Positions 49,806-60,138 are shown, counted from the stretch's first letter. The stretch: DNA of 64,000 nt from Myxococcota bacterium (GCA_965250285.1 OZ252299.1:3392001-3456000), one strand, 5' to 3'. The notes: generated from the letters alone by a model not told the origin. A program made the numbers and translations.

Positions 49806-51050
49806 ATGCCCCCCCAGACACCCCACCCTGCGCCACCGCTCTCGGGCTCGGGCCGCCGTCCGGCGATCATCGTCGTCGCGACGACGATCCTCGTCGACTT
49901 CGTCGGTTTCGGCGTGCTCGTCCCCGTGCTGCCCGAAATGGCACACCGATTCGGCGCCGACGCACTCGGCATCAGCCTGCTGCTCGCGGCCTACGCCGGC
50001 GCCCAGCTCGTCTTCCTCCCGGCATGGGGCTGGTGCTCCGATCGCTTCGGACGGCGTCCGGTCGTGCTCGTGTCGCTCGCCGGCACCGTGGCGTCGTTCG
50101 TCCTGCTCGCCTTGGCCGACGGGCTCGCGCTCGTGTACGTCAGCCGGATCCTCGGCGGATTCTTCGCGGCGAGCGTCGGCACGGCGCAGGCGGTCATCAC
50201 CGACATCACGCCGCCGAGCGAACGCGCGAGCGGGATGGGCAAGATCGGCGCCGCCGCGGGCGTCGGCATGGTGCTCGGGCCCGCCCTCGGTGGTCTGCTC
50301 GACGACGTCGGTCCCGGCTGGCCCTTCTACGCCGTGAGCGCGATCGCGGCGGTCAATTTCGTCGGCGCCCTCTTCTTTCTGCCCGAGACGCGACCCGCGG
50401 GCCTCGCGCGACCCGACTGGCGCGAGCTCGCCCCCACCTTCGTGCCGACACCGCTGCGTGTGATCGGGCAGGCACACGACCGCCCAATCGGCATCTTCCT
50501 GTACCTCTGGCTCCACCTCTACCTGGGCTTTGCGGTCGTCGAGGCGAGCCTGCCGATCTACCTGCTGCAGCGCTTCGAGATGCCGCCATTCGACATCGGC
50601 CTCCTCTTTGCCGCGCTCGGCGTCGTCGTCGTCTTCACCCAGGGATGGCTCGTCGGACGTGTCACCACGCGGCGCAACGAGGGCGCTCTGATGATCGCGG
50701 GCTGCATGGTCATGGCGGTCGGCCTCGGACTCGTCCCGCTGATGGGCAACCAGGCCGGTCTGTACGCCGTGGGCATGTTGATCGCGCTCGGCAACGGCTT
50801 CACATTTCCGATCTTCACGAGCATCTACTCACGGGCGTGCGCCGCGGGCGAGGCGGGTGAGTTGCTCGGCGAGGCGAACGCCATGGGCATCACCGGCCGC
50901 GTCCTCGGCGCGATCGGAGCCGGCATCTTGATGGACGAGGTCGAGCTCGGCGCGCCGTTCTGGGCCGCTGCGATGGTGCTCGGCACCGGCACCGTGTTGC
51001 TGCTGGCGCTGCGCGGCGTGCTGGCGCCGAGCGACGAAGCGCGGGATTGA
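49806..51050 (+). CDS. MFS transporter (DHA1/TetA-like)
   Basis: DFVGFGVLVPVLP, GWCSDRFGRRPV motif A, GMVLGPALGG motif C, about 12 TM segments. Confidence 0.92.
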   Translation: MPPQTPHPAPPLSGSGRRPAIIVVATTILVDFVGFGVLVPVLPEMAHRFGADALGISLLLAAYAGAQLVFLPAWGWCSDRFGRRPVVLVSLAGTVASFVLLALADGLALVYVSRILGGFFAASVGTAQAVITDITPPSERASGMGKIGAAAGVGMVLGPALGGLLDDVGPGWPFYAVSAIAAVNFVGALFFLPETRPAGLARPDWRELAPTFVPTPLRVIGQAHDRPIGIFLYLWLHLYLGFAVVEASLPIYLLQRFEMPPFDIGLLFAALGVVVVFTQGWLVGRVTTRRNEGALMIAGCMVMAVGLGLVPLMGNQAGLYAVGMLIALGNGFTFPIFTSIYSRACAAGEAGELLGEANAMGITGRVLGAIGAGILMDEVELGAPFWAAAMVLGTGTVLLLALRGVLAPSDEARD

Positions 51051-51076
51051 GCGCGCGCGCTTCAGCGAGTGCGCGC

Positions 51077-51376
51077 TCAGCGACGACGAAAGCGCGAAGT
51101 CGCAGGCCCGAGCTCGAGCGTGGCCGCGCGCTCGGGGTGCAGCTTCTTCGCACGCTCGAAGAGGTCGGTTTCGTACTCGACGCGCCCGGGGTCGGGCACG
51201 CAGACCGCGACCGGACACACCGCAGCGCACTGCTCGACCGCATGGAAGCCGACGCACTCGGTGCATCGCGAGGGATCGATCACGTAGATCGCGCCCGCTT
51301 CGTGGATCGCCTCGTTCGGACACTCCGGCTCGCAGAGGCCGCACGAGATGCACTGATCGGTGATGCGGGTGGCCAC
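51077..51376 (-). CDS. YfhL-type 2[4Fe-4S] ferredoxin
   Basis: CISCGLCEPECP and CTECVGF...QCAAVCP. Confidence 0.92.
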   Translation of the reverse strand: MATRITDQCISCGLCEPECPNEAIHEAGAIYVIDPSRCTECVGFHAVEQCAAVCPVAVCVPDPGRVEYETDLFERAKKLHPERAATLELGPATSRFRRR

Positions 51377-51757
51377 GCCTCGAACCCCTGTCTCGCGGGC
51401 CTGCCACCGAGCAGCCAATTGCTGCGTCGATGGCGGCGCCCATCAGCCGGCCCCTTCGCGGGCTCGGCTCCTTGCGTCATCGGACCGGCTGAGCGGCGTC
51501 TGAAGCCATCGCGGGGTTGGACAAACCGGCACGCCGCGAAGGCCGGCCCCTTGGGGTGTGCCCGGAATGACTCCAGGTTTCCTTGTTTGGCCATGCCCCC
51601 TCGCCTACTTTCGAGCGGTCATCCGCGCCCACTCGGAGTGCCCCGGAGCGCCTGAGACAGCCCCTGAAAGCCACGGCTCCCAGCAGCCGCCACCGGAGGT
51701 CCGGTCCAGCGACCGGCCGCCGGGGTGGACCCCGGGGAGCCCAGCGAGGAGAGCACA

Positions 51758-53461
51758 GTGAGCGAGATCGAACGCGAAAGCATGGAGGTCGACGTCCTCT
51801 ACGTCGGTGCCGGCCCGGCCAACCTCGCCTCGGCCTACCACCTGATGAAGCAGGTCGAAGCCCACAACGAATCGGCCGAGGCCAACGGCGTCGATCCGAT
51901 CGAGCCGCCGGTGATCCTGGTGATCGAGAAGGCAGCGGGCGTCGGCGAGCACCAGCTCTCGGGCGCGGTCATGAACCCCAAGGCGATCCAGGAGCTGATC
52001 CCCGACTTCGTCGAGCAGGGCTTCCCGACCGAGCACGTCGCGACCGACTCTCAGTTCCTCGCGTTCTTCAGGGGCGGCACGGTCAAGTCGCCGGTGACGC
52101 CCCCGCAGTTCCAGAAGAACGGCTACCACGTCATCTCGCTCTCGAACGTCGTCAAGTGGCTGGCCGAGAAGTGCGAGGAGATGGGGATCGAGATCTACCC
52201 CGGCTTCGCCGCCAGCGAGGTGCTCTGGGATGGCGACAAGGTCATCGGCATCCGCACCGGTGACATGGGCCTCGACGAGTCGGGCAAGCCGAAGAGCACC
52301 TTCCAGCCCGGCATGGACATCCTCGCGCCGGTCACGGTGTTCGGTGAGGGCGTCCGCGGCAGCTGCTCGAAGACGATCATCGAGAAGCTCGGCCTGCACG
52401 GTCAGAACCCGCAGACCTACGAGACGGGCATCAAGGAGATCTGGCGCGTCAAGCCCGAGAAGCACAAGCCCGGCCGCGTGATCCACGGTTCCCTCTGGCC
52501 CGACCTGTTCGGCCAGATGGAGGGCATGTGGCTCTACGACATGCAGGACAACCTCGTGTCGTTCGGATACGTGACCCCCCTCAACAGTGAGAACCCGCGC
52601 AACGACCCCCATATGAACGCCCAGCGCTTCAAGCAGGTGCCGTTCATGCAGGATCTGCTCGAGGGCGCCGAGCTCGTGCGCTACGGCGCGAAGTGCGTGC
52701 CTTCGGGCGGCCTCTATTCGATTCCGAAGCTCTACTGCGACGGTGCGATGCTGGTCGGCGACTCGGCCGGCATGCTCAACATCATGAAGCTCGCTGGAGT
52801 CCACACGGCGATCAAGAGCGGCATGCTCGCCGCCGAGACGATCGTCGAAGCCATGGCGAAGAAGGATTTCACGACCACGACGCTGGGCGGCTACACCGAG
52901 CGCTTCAAGGACAGCTGGCTCTACGAGGAGCACTACGAGGCGCGCAACTTCCAGGGCTCGATCGAGGTGTCGCCGTTCTTCCTGATGGCGGTGAACACCC
53001 CGGCGATGCTCGTGACCGGCGGCCGCGGCGTGAAGGACGGGCTCAAGACCCACGCGCCGCACGACCAGGTCAAGAAGGTCTGGGAGCTGCCGCCCGGGTA
53101 CTTCGATCGCAAGTCGCACGCGCCGATCGAGTTCGACGGCAAGACGACGTTCTCGAAGGAGCACCTCGTCGGCTACTCGGGCACCCAGCACGAGATCGAC
53201 GAGCCGAAGCACCTGAAGGTGGCCAAGCCGGACGTCTGCGAGACCGACTGCGTGCGCGACTACGGCAACCCGTGCCAGCACTTCTGCCCGGCCGCGGTGT
53301 ACGAGATGGTGCCGAAGAAGGACGATCCCGAGCGGAAGGAGCTCTTCATCCACCACGAGAACTGCGTGCACTGCAAGACCTGCGACATCGCCGATCCGTA
53401 CCAGATCATCACCTGGACGACGCCGCAGGGCGGCGAAGGCCCCGACTACCAGCAGATGTAG
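51758..53461 (+). CDS. Electron transfer flavoprotein-quinone oxidoreductase
   Basis: VGAGPA, LSGAVM, GIKEIW, GVHTAIKSGMLAAE, FCPAAVYE, NCVHCKTCDI, PQGGEGP. Confidence 0.95.
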   Translation: MSEIERESMEVDVLYVGAGPANLASAYHLMKQVEAHNESAEANGVDPIEPPVILVIEKAAGVGEHQLSGAVMNPKAIQELIPDFVEQGFPTEHVATDSQFLAFFRGGTVKSPVTPPQFQKNGYHVISLSNVVKWLAEKCEEMGIEIYPGFAASEVLWDGDKVIGIRTGDMGLDESGKPKSTFQPGMDILAPVTVFGEGVRGSCSKTIIEKLGLHGQNPQTYETGIKEIWRVKPEKHKPGRVIHGSLWPDLFGQMEGMWLYDMQDNLVSFGYVTPLNSENPRNDPHMNAQRFKQVPFMQDLLEGAELVRYGAKCVPSGGLYSIPKLYCDGAMLVGDSAGMLNIMKLAGVHTAIKSGMLAAETIVEAMAKKDFTTTTLGGYTERFKDSWLYEEHYEARNFQGSIEVSPFFLMAVNTPAMLVTGGRGVKDGLKTHAPHDQVKKVWELPPGYFDRKSHAPIEFDGKTTFSKEHLVGYSGTQHEIDEPKHLKVAKPDVCETDCVRDYGNPCQHFCPAAVYEMVPKKDDPERKELFIHHENCVHCKTCDIADPYQIITWTTPQGGEGPDYQQM

Positions 53462-53567
53462 TCGCTTCGCACGCGCGCGAGCCACGAGGGCGGGGCCCGG
53501 TCATCGACCGGACCCCGCCCTTCTCGTTCGAGCCCACCGCCTTGTCGACGAACGCGGGCAGCGAACG

Positions 53568-53948
53568 TCAGACGTGGACGCGCACCGGGAACTTCGGGCC
53601 GGTCATGCGGTAGGTCGTGTACGACACCGCGACGAGCAGCGTGCAGAAGAGCGCGGGCGCCGTCTGCTCGAACGTGTCGCGCACGATCACGTGCGCGGCG
53701 ACGGCTCCGACGAAGTCGATCGTGAAGCCCGCGTAGACCCACTCCTTGAGCCGCGGAAAGCGGGGCACCAGCAACAAGGGTGCCCCGGCCAGCTTGGCGA
53801 ATCCGATGAGCGAGAGGTGATAGTGGGGATAGCCGAGGCGATCGACGGCTTCGATCAGCTCGGGCGCGTGGCGGATGTCTTGAATCCCCGCAGCGAGCAT
53901 GGCCACGGCCAGCAACACCGTCGAAACCCAGTAGATGCGTCGAACCAC
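53568..53948 (-). CDS. DoxX-like membrane protein
   Basis: IYWVSTVL, LGYP, KLAG, RLKEWVYAG. Confidence 0.85.
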   Translation of the reverse strand: MVRRIYWVSTVLLAVAMLAAGIQDIRHAPELIEAVDRLGYPHYHLSLIGFAKLAGAPLLLVPRFPRLKEWVYAGFTIDFVGAVAAHVIVRDTFEQTAPALFCTLLVAVSYTTYRMTGPKFPVRVHV

Positions 53949-54020
53949 GCGCGCTCCCCCGTCATGAGCGCCGGCGGGTCGGCGCCTCGCGCCCAAGCAT
54001 CCACCGTCCGCGGCAGCGAA

Positions 54021-54578
54021 TCAACGCACGCCAGGCGACGACGACGCGGCCTTGCGGCCGCGCGTTCGGCGGCGCGGCGCCCACACGATGGCCGCGACGA
54101 GGGGGCCGATCCACACGGCCTCGCTGGCGAGGATCTCGAGGCCCCGCCCCGAGAAGAACGCGCGCAGCGAGAGCGGCGACGTCGCAATCGGTCGAAAGGG
54201 CGCAAAGACGCGCGCGTCGTCGAATGGGATCCACAGCCCGACGCCGTGCCCCGCGTCGGTGAACGCGTCGAGCAGACCGTGCGAGGCGATGGCGAAGAAC
54301 AGCAGCACCGCGGCGATGCCTGCCTGCCGGGCGCCGGCCGAGCGCCACAGTGGCCAGGATCCGAGGCCGACGATCGCCGCGAAGGCGAGCGAGTGGGTCC
54401 ATCCACGGTGGCCCCAGACATCCTCATAGGGCACACCGAGACGAAACCCGATCACATCGAGGTCAGGCGCTGCCGCGGCCAGAGCGAGCACCAGGCCGAC
54501 CCAGAGTCGCTGCCTCGACGGCGGCAACCGGGTCGCGAGGGCGGCTCCGACCGCGGCATGTGCGAAGGCGCTGGGCAC
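54021..54578 (-). CDS. Membrane-bound metal-dependent hydrolase (YdjM/YbcI family)
   Basis: H..., PDLD, HRGWTHS, SHGLLDAFT. Confidence 0.88.
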   Translation of the reverse strand: MPSAFAHAAVGAALATRLPPSRQRLWVGLVLALAAAAPDLDVIGFRLGVPYEDVWGHRGWTHSLAFAAIVGLGSWPLWRSAGARQAGIAAVLLFFAIASHGLLDAFTDAGHGVGLWIPFDDARVFAPFRPIATSPLSLRAFFSGRGLEILASEAVWIGPLVAAIVWAPRRRTRGRKAASSSPGVR

Positions 54579-54825
54579 CGAGCTGACTCCGGACCGGTTC
54601 GGGGGCGAAGCGAGTCGCCGAGCGAACCATGCCGCCGTGCAACCCGCGTGCAACGCGGCGGGCAAGCCCGAGGCAACATGGCGGCCCGGCGAGGCGTCCG
54701 ACCGAGAGCTACGCGCGCAGCGTGCGAGCGCAGCCGGTGCCGCCGAACGAGACGCCCCCCGCTCTCAGCGCGCAGAGATCGGCCGCGCGAACGAAGCGGG
54801 GGCCAGCGGCCCTTTCAGCCGAGCC

Positions 54826-55845
54826 TCACCGACCCGCGGGCCACCAGAGATAGTGAAAGCCCGGGCGCGAGAGACCCGCTTCTTCGAGCAGGGCCCCCCA
54901 GTCGCTCTGCGCGCCCACCACCGCAGGGGCGGGCAGCGGCGGCCGGGTGTAGAGGTTGTTCCGATACTCGGCCCCGCGGTGATACGTCACCACGCGGTAG
55001 TCGCCGACGATGCCCGCGCGCTGCGCGGTGAGATCGGCGGTCTCCTCGAGCGAGGAGACGACGTCGACCAGACCGTTGTCGACCGCCTGGCTCGCACTGA
55101 AGACGCGACCGTCGGCGAGTCGGTCGATCGCCTCGGTGTCGAGGTTCGGCCGACCGATCGCGACGACATCCTTGAATCGATCGTGCAGATCGTCGACGAC
55201 CGACTGCAGGTGAGCCCGCTCTTCGGGCGTCATGTCGCGCAGGAACGAGCCGGCGTCCTTCTGCGCGCCGCCCGTGATCGTCTGATCGCGCACGCCGAGT
55301 TTGTCCATCAGCCCTTCGAAACTGACCCCCATGAAGAGCACGCCGATCGAGCCGGTCACCGTCGTCGGCACGGCGTGGATCTCGTCCGCCGCCATCGCGA
55401 CGTAGTACCCGCCCGATGCGGCGACGCCCATGAACTGCGCGACGACCGGCACGCCTGTCTCACGCTTGAATCGGTCGATCGCCCGGTAGACGTCGTCGCT
55501 CGCCGACGCGCTCCCGCCCGGCGAGTCGACCCGCAGGAGGATCGCGCTGATGTCGCCTGCGCGGCGCGCCCGATCGAGCTGTTCGACGACGCGAGCAACC
55601 GTGCTCTCGCGGCTGCCTTCGAGGAGCGTCATCCGCTCGTGCTCTGTGATCGGGCCGTCGATGTCGAGCAACAGCAGCTTCGGGCCGCTTCGACCGAGCA
55701 CCGTCGTCTCTTCGAGCTCTCCGCGACCCGCGCCGCCGATGTTGACCGAGATGCAGCCACTCGTGAGGGCGATCAGGGCGACCCCGAGCCACACCACGCT
55801 GCAGCGCCACCCGAAACGGTCTCGCGGCTTCCGCAACCCGCTCAT
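54826..55845 (-). CDS. sppA: Signal peptide peptidase SppA (S49), lipoprotein type
   Basis: LTSG-C lipobox, RVDSPGG, AASGGYYVA, TGSIGV, LADGRVF; AAGGAGG RBS. Confidence 0.92.
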   Translation of the reverse strand: MSGLRKPRDRFGWRCSVVWLGVALIALTSGCISVNIGGAGRGELEETTVLGRSGPKLLLLDIDGPITEHERMTLLEGSRESTVARVVEQLDRARRAGDISAILLRVDSPGGSASASDDVYRAIDRFKRETGVPVVAQFMGVAASGGYYVAMAADEIHAVPTTVTGSIGVLFMGVSFEGLMDKLGVRDQTITGGAQKDAGSFLRDMTPEERAHLQSVVDDLHDRFKDVVAIGRPNLDTEAIDRLADGRVFSASQAVDNGLVDVVSSLEETADLTAQRAGIVGDYRVVTYHRGAEYRNNLYTRPPLPAPAVVGAQSDWGALLEEAGLSRPGFHYLWWPAGR

Positions 55846-56071
55846 GGACGAATCCTCCTTGACCATCGCGGTCATCGCGCGCCGACGTGCCCCGGGCTGC
55901 CCGGTCTCACCGTCGTTCGCGGCGACGCACAGCGTAGCGAGCCCCGAAAAGGGCAGGAGCGCGGAAGCCTGGTCGACCGCCCCCCAACGGTCTCCCCGCT
56001 TCCGCGCTCCTTTGAGACGCCGCCGCCGCATCAGCGAGGTGCGTCCAGGCGCAGAGCGCCTTCCCCCAATC

Positions 56072-58870
56072 CTAGCTGCAGCCGCTCGTGCTCCCGCAGT
56101 TCGGGCACTTGTAGCAAGCGCCGTTGCGGATCATGATCGTGCCGCAGTCCATGCACGAAGGTGCGTCGGCCTGATTCACGAAGGACGACGTCGCCGACTG
56201 CGCTGCGTCGCTCGTCGCCGATCCGCCAGCCATCGCGCCGCCCGCGGCCGGAGCGACCCGGACGGGCGCCGGTGCCACATCGCCCGAGCCGTCATCCGCC
56301 GGCGCATCTTCGACCGGCAGCTCCGACTCGAGGTAGCGGCCACCGAGATACCGGAACACGTAGTCGGTGATCGACTTTGCGATCGGAATCTCGCGGTTGC
56401 CGGTGAAGCCCGAGGGCTCGAATCGCGTGTGGCTGAACTTGTCGACCAGCGCCTTGAGCGGCACGCCGTACTGCAGCGACATGGACGTCATCGTGGCGAT
56501 GGTGTCCATGAGACCCGAGATCGTGCTGCCCTCCTTCGCCATCTTGAGGAAGATCTCGCCCGGCTGGCCGTCTTCGTAGAGGCCGACCGTGAGATAGCCC
56601 TCGTGACCCGCGATCGAGAACTTGTGCGTGAAGGCCTGGCGCTCGTCGGGGAGCTTGCGCCGGTACGGCCGCATCTCGTCGAGCTTGACCAGCTCGCCGC
56701 CGCTCTCCTCTCCGGCTTCGTCCTTGCCCGCGTTCAGCGGCTGGGTGCGCTTGCTGCCGTCTCGGTAGATCGCGAGCGCCTTGAGGCCGAGCCGCCACCC
56801 TTCGGTGTACGCCTCCATCACATCCTCGACGCTCGCGTCTTCGGGCAGATTCACCGTCTTGCTGATCGCGCCCGACAGGAAGGGCTGAACCGCACCCATC
56901 ATCCGCACGTGCCCCATCCAGTGGATCGACCGCTGGCCGTTGTGCGGCCGGAAGGCGCAATCGAAGACCGAGAGGTGCTCGTCCTGCAGGCCCGGCGCCC
57001 CCTCGATGGTCTCCTTGTCGTCGATGTAGGCGATGATCGCGGCGATCTCGTCTTCGCCATAGCCGAGCCGGCGCAGCGCCATCGGGACCGTGTTGTTCAC
57101 GATCTTCAGGAACCCGCCGCCGACCAGCTTCTTGTACTTGACGAGCGCGATGTCGGGCTCGACGCCCGTGGTGTCGCAATCCATCATGAACGCGATCGTG
57201 CCGGTGGGCGCGAGCACGGTCACCTGACCGTTCTTGTAACCGAACTGCTCACCCAGCTCGAGCGCCTCATCCCACGCCTCGCGGGACGCCTCGGCGAGAT
57301 CGCTCTGCACGCCTTCGGACGGCACGGCGTAGGCCGCGTCGCGGTGCATGCCCATCACCTCGAGGAAGGGCTTGCGGTTCATGCGATACCGCGGGAACGG
57401 CCCCATCGCCTCGGCGATCTCGGCGCTCATCCGGTACGCCTGGCCACACATCAGCGACGTGATCGCGGCCGACAGGTTTCGACCGCCCTCGCTGTCGTAG
57501 GGCAGCCCCTCGGCCATCAGCAGCGCACCGAGATTCGCGTACCCGAGCCCGAGCGGGCGGTACAGGTGGCTGTTCTTGGTGATCGCCGGCGTCGGGTAGT
57601 CGGCGGGATCGACCACGATTTCTTGCGCGAGGATCGTGATGTCGACCGAGTGCTTGAAGTCGTCGACCTGGAACTCACCCGCCCCGTCGACGAAGGTCAT
57701 GAGGTTCAGGCTGGCCAGGTTGCACGCCGTGTCATCGAGGAACATGTACTCGGAGCAGGGGTTGCTCGAGTTGATGCGCCCCGACGTCTTCACCGGGTTC
57801 CACTTGTTGATCGTGCTGTCGTACTGGATGCCCGGATCACCGCACACGTGGGCGGCGTCGGCCATCTCGCGGAGCACATCCTTCGCCTTGAGCGTCTCGA
57901 CGACCTCACCGGTGGTGACGGCCTTGAGATCCCACGAGCCGTTCGCTTCGGCCGAGCGCATGAACGCGTCGGAGACGCGCACCGAGTGGTTGGCGTTCTG
58001 GAAGAAGATCGAATCGTAGGCGCCGCCAGGGACGTTGAAGCCCCCGTCGTAACCGGCGTCGATCAGCGACCAGGCCTTCTTCTCTTCATCGGCCTTGCAG
58101 TGGATGAACTCGTCGACGTCGGGGTGATCGACGTTCAGGATCACCATCTTCGCCGCGCGGCGCGTCTTGCCGCCGCTCTTGATCACGCCCGCGAAGGCGT
58201 CGAAGCCCTTCATGAACGAGACCGGCCCCGAGGCCTCGCCCCCGCCCGCGAGCTTCTCCTTCGACGAGCGGATCGACGAGAGGTTGCTGCCCGTGCCAGA
58301 GCCGCCCTTGAAGAGCATGGCCTCGGTCTTAGCGAGCTCCATGATCTCCTGCATGCTGTCATCGACCGAGTTGATGAAGCACGCGCTCGCCTGCTGGGGC
58401 GTGTTCTCGACGCCGAGGTTGAACCAGACCGGCGAGTTGAACGCGACCTTCTGATTGACGAGCAGGTAGGTCAGCTCGTCGGCGAACGTCTGGGCGTCGT
58501 CGTCGGTGCGGAAGTAGCCGTACTCCTCGCCCCACTCACGCATTCGGCCGACCACGCGGCCGATCAGCTGCCTGACGCTGCGCTCGCGCTCGGGCGTACC
58601 GACGTGCCCCCGGAAGTACTTCGAAACGACGACGTTGGTCGCGAGCTGCGACCAGGTCTTCGGGATCTCGACGTCGGTCTGCTCGAAGACCGTCTCGCCC
58701 TTCTCGTTCGTGATGATGGCGCTGCGCAGCTCCCACTCGACGCTGTCGAACGGGTCTTCGCCGGCCGTGGTGAAGTAGCGGGCGATGTCGAGGCCACGAG
58801 GCTTCGACTTCTTCTTGCCCTTCGCCTTGACGTCCTGCTCCGTGCTGTCGTTGATGTCTCGAACGCTCAC
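56072..58870 (-). CDS. nrdJ: Adenosylcobalamin-dependent (class II) ribonucleotide reductase
   Basis: FNSPVWFN, QASACFI, SNPCSEY, APTGTI, AIYRDGSK, TSCPD region, C-terminal CxxC..CxxC..TSGCS. Confidence 0.97.
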   Translation of the reverse strand: MSVRDINDSTEQDVKAKGKKKSKPRGLDIARYFTTAGEDPFDSVEWELRSAIITNEKGETVFEQTDVEIPKTWSQLATNVVVSKYFRGHVGTPERERSVRQLIGRVVGRMREWGEEYGYFRTDDDAQTFADELTYLLVNQKVAFNSPVWFNLGVENTPQQASACFINSVDDSMQEIMELAKTEAMLFKGGSGTGSNLSSIRSSKEKLAGGGEASGPVSFMKGFDAFAGVIKSGGKTRRAAKMVILNVDHPDVDEFIHCKADEEKKAWSLIDAGYDGGFNVPGGAYDSIFFQNANHSVRVSDAFMRSAEANGSWDLKAVTTGEVVETLKAKDVLREMADAAHVCGDPGIQYDSTINKWNPVKTSGRINSSNPCSEYMFLDDTACNLASLNLMTFVDGAGEFQVDDFKHSVDITILAQEIVVDPADYPTPAITKNSHLYRPLGLGYANLGALLMAEGLPYDSEGGRNLSAAITSLMCGQAYRMSAEIAEAMGPFPRYRMNRKPFLEVMGMHRDAAYAVPSEGVQSDLAEASREAWDEALELGEQFGYKNGQVTVLAPTGTIAFMMDCDTTGVEPDIALVKYKKLVGGGFLKIVNNTVPMALRRLGYGEDEIAAIIAYIDDKETIEGAPGLQDEHLSVFDCAFRPHNGQRSIHWMGHVRMMGAVQPFLSGAISKTVNLPEDASVEDVMEAYTEGWRLGLKALAIYRDGSKRTQPLNAGKDEAGEESGGELVKLDEMRPYRRKLPDERQAFTHKFSIAGHEGYLTVGLYEDGQPGEIFLKMAKEGSTISGLMDTIATMTSMSLQYGVPLKALVDKFSHTRFEPSGFTGNREIPIAKSITDYVFRYLGGRYLESELPVEDAPADDGSGDVAPAPVRVAPAAGGAMAGGSATSDAAQSATSSFVNQADAPSCMDCGTIMIRNGACYKCPNCGSTSGCS

Positions 58871-59782
58871 TTCGTCCTATCCCCCAAGATGGACTGGCGA
58901 GCGGGAATGGTAGGGCTGCGTCTCTGAGGGTGTCGACCGTCCCGTGCGTTGCCGTGTTGCTCTCGATGCCGCGCGCCGCTCTCGGTCGGCTGCGTCGGCT
59001 CGCTGGTGCGCGCTCTCGGTCGTGGGATGGAAGCGTCCGGTGTCTTCGCGCGGCCTCGCTTGGTCTCGCGGGGCTGCGCTGGGCTGTGTGGGCGGTACGG
59101 CTCGGGCGGTCTCGATGGCGCCTGGGCTCGGTCTCGTGCTCCGAACCTCTCGGCCCGGGGCGCGCCTCACATGCTCACCTGCTTCGCATCGCCAGTCTCA
59201 AGAGGGGCACCGGATGGGCGGTCGGCCCCAGCTGCGGCTTGGTCTCGATCCGCGGCCCTCGATCCCCGAACTGGCCAATCCCTTTCTGCGGTGGCGAGTC
59301 GTCCCTCGGCCCAGCCCTCCCGGGCCCGTTGGAGATCTCGCATCTCTGATTCGTGGTTGGTTCGCGGTTGGTTCGTGTTGGTGTGATGGCCGATCCGTCC
59401 GGCGACGGAGTCGGGTTCTGGGTTGGCTCGACCCGGTGAAGGGGTCGCTTGCCGCGACGGGTACGTCTTGGTTCGGGCTCGGATCGGTCGCCGCGGGTGC
59501 TCGCCCCTCGGTGACCTGGCTTCGATCATCTGGCCCTGACCTGGCCTCGCGGACCGCCGGCTCGGCTCAGCCGGTGCGATGGGGGCGTCTCTCGTGGACG
59601 ACCCCGCACGCGCGTGACGTTGTCGGACTCGCTTCCCCTCTTGGCTCTTGTTGCCTCTCGTTATCTCTCGTTGCTCTCGTTGCTCTTGTCGTTCTCCGAC
59701 CGGCACCCCCGCGCCGAGCCCGAGGGCACGACACCGCGCCCGAAGGCACGAACGCCTGACCGCCTGCACTTGATTCCCGCTG

Positions 59783-59953
59783 GTGTTCGGGAGTCGCTGG
59801 CTCGGGCCCCGCGTTCAGAGGGGAAGCCGAGATGAGAGGGGCGCCGGTGACAGCTCTCCATTGTTCGCCACCACTGGCGCCCCCGAACTGAGCAGGGCAT
59901 TGAATCCGGCAGGTCCCGGGAACGCGGGCCCAAGGCCCCAGATCCCCGTTCAC
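59783..59953. ncRNA. Candidate rod-shaped structured RNA (family and strand unresolved)
   Basis: Nested inverted repeats 59788-59795/59941-59948, 59808-59816/59920-59928 and 59838-59849/59872-59883 around a central bubble. Confidence 0.35.
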
Positions 59954-60090
59954 GCTCGACTTCACCCTGACTCGAGCTCGCGTTCCTCCCCGCAACCGCC
60001 AAGTTGCGACCCCCCCAGGCTACAGGAGGAACATCACATCCCCGTGCGACTCAAAGTGCCCTCGCGCACTCGTCCCGTCAAGCGTGAATC

Positions 60091-60138
60091 TCACAAAATG
60101 TGGGGGTCAACGGCGAGTGGGACCACAACCCCTCGTAG
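60091..60138 (-). promoter_or_regulatory. Candidate tandem NrdR boxes
   Basis: Minus strand CCCCCACATTTTGTGA (good match to acaCwAtATaTwGtgt) and degenerate CTACGAGGGGTTGTGG, 32 bp apart, with a TTGACC hexamer between them. Confidence 0.5.

Noticed and set aside
55550..58927. Very long antisense or alternate-frame ORFs (e.g. 55550-58927, 5137-8115, 2863-4908, 585-2735)
   Set aside because: Shadow ORFs caused by high GC3 opposite well-identified genes; no family motifs.
59900..59931. SRP RNA domain IV
   Set aside because: CAGGTCC is present but the GGAA tetraloop and the AGCAG strand are missing.
59800..60010. Cobalamin riboswitch upstream of nrdJ
   Set aside because: Fragments such as GACCTGCC and CCCCGCAAC occur on opposite strands and out of order; the GGGAA...GCCACTG core cannot be assembled.
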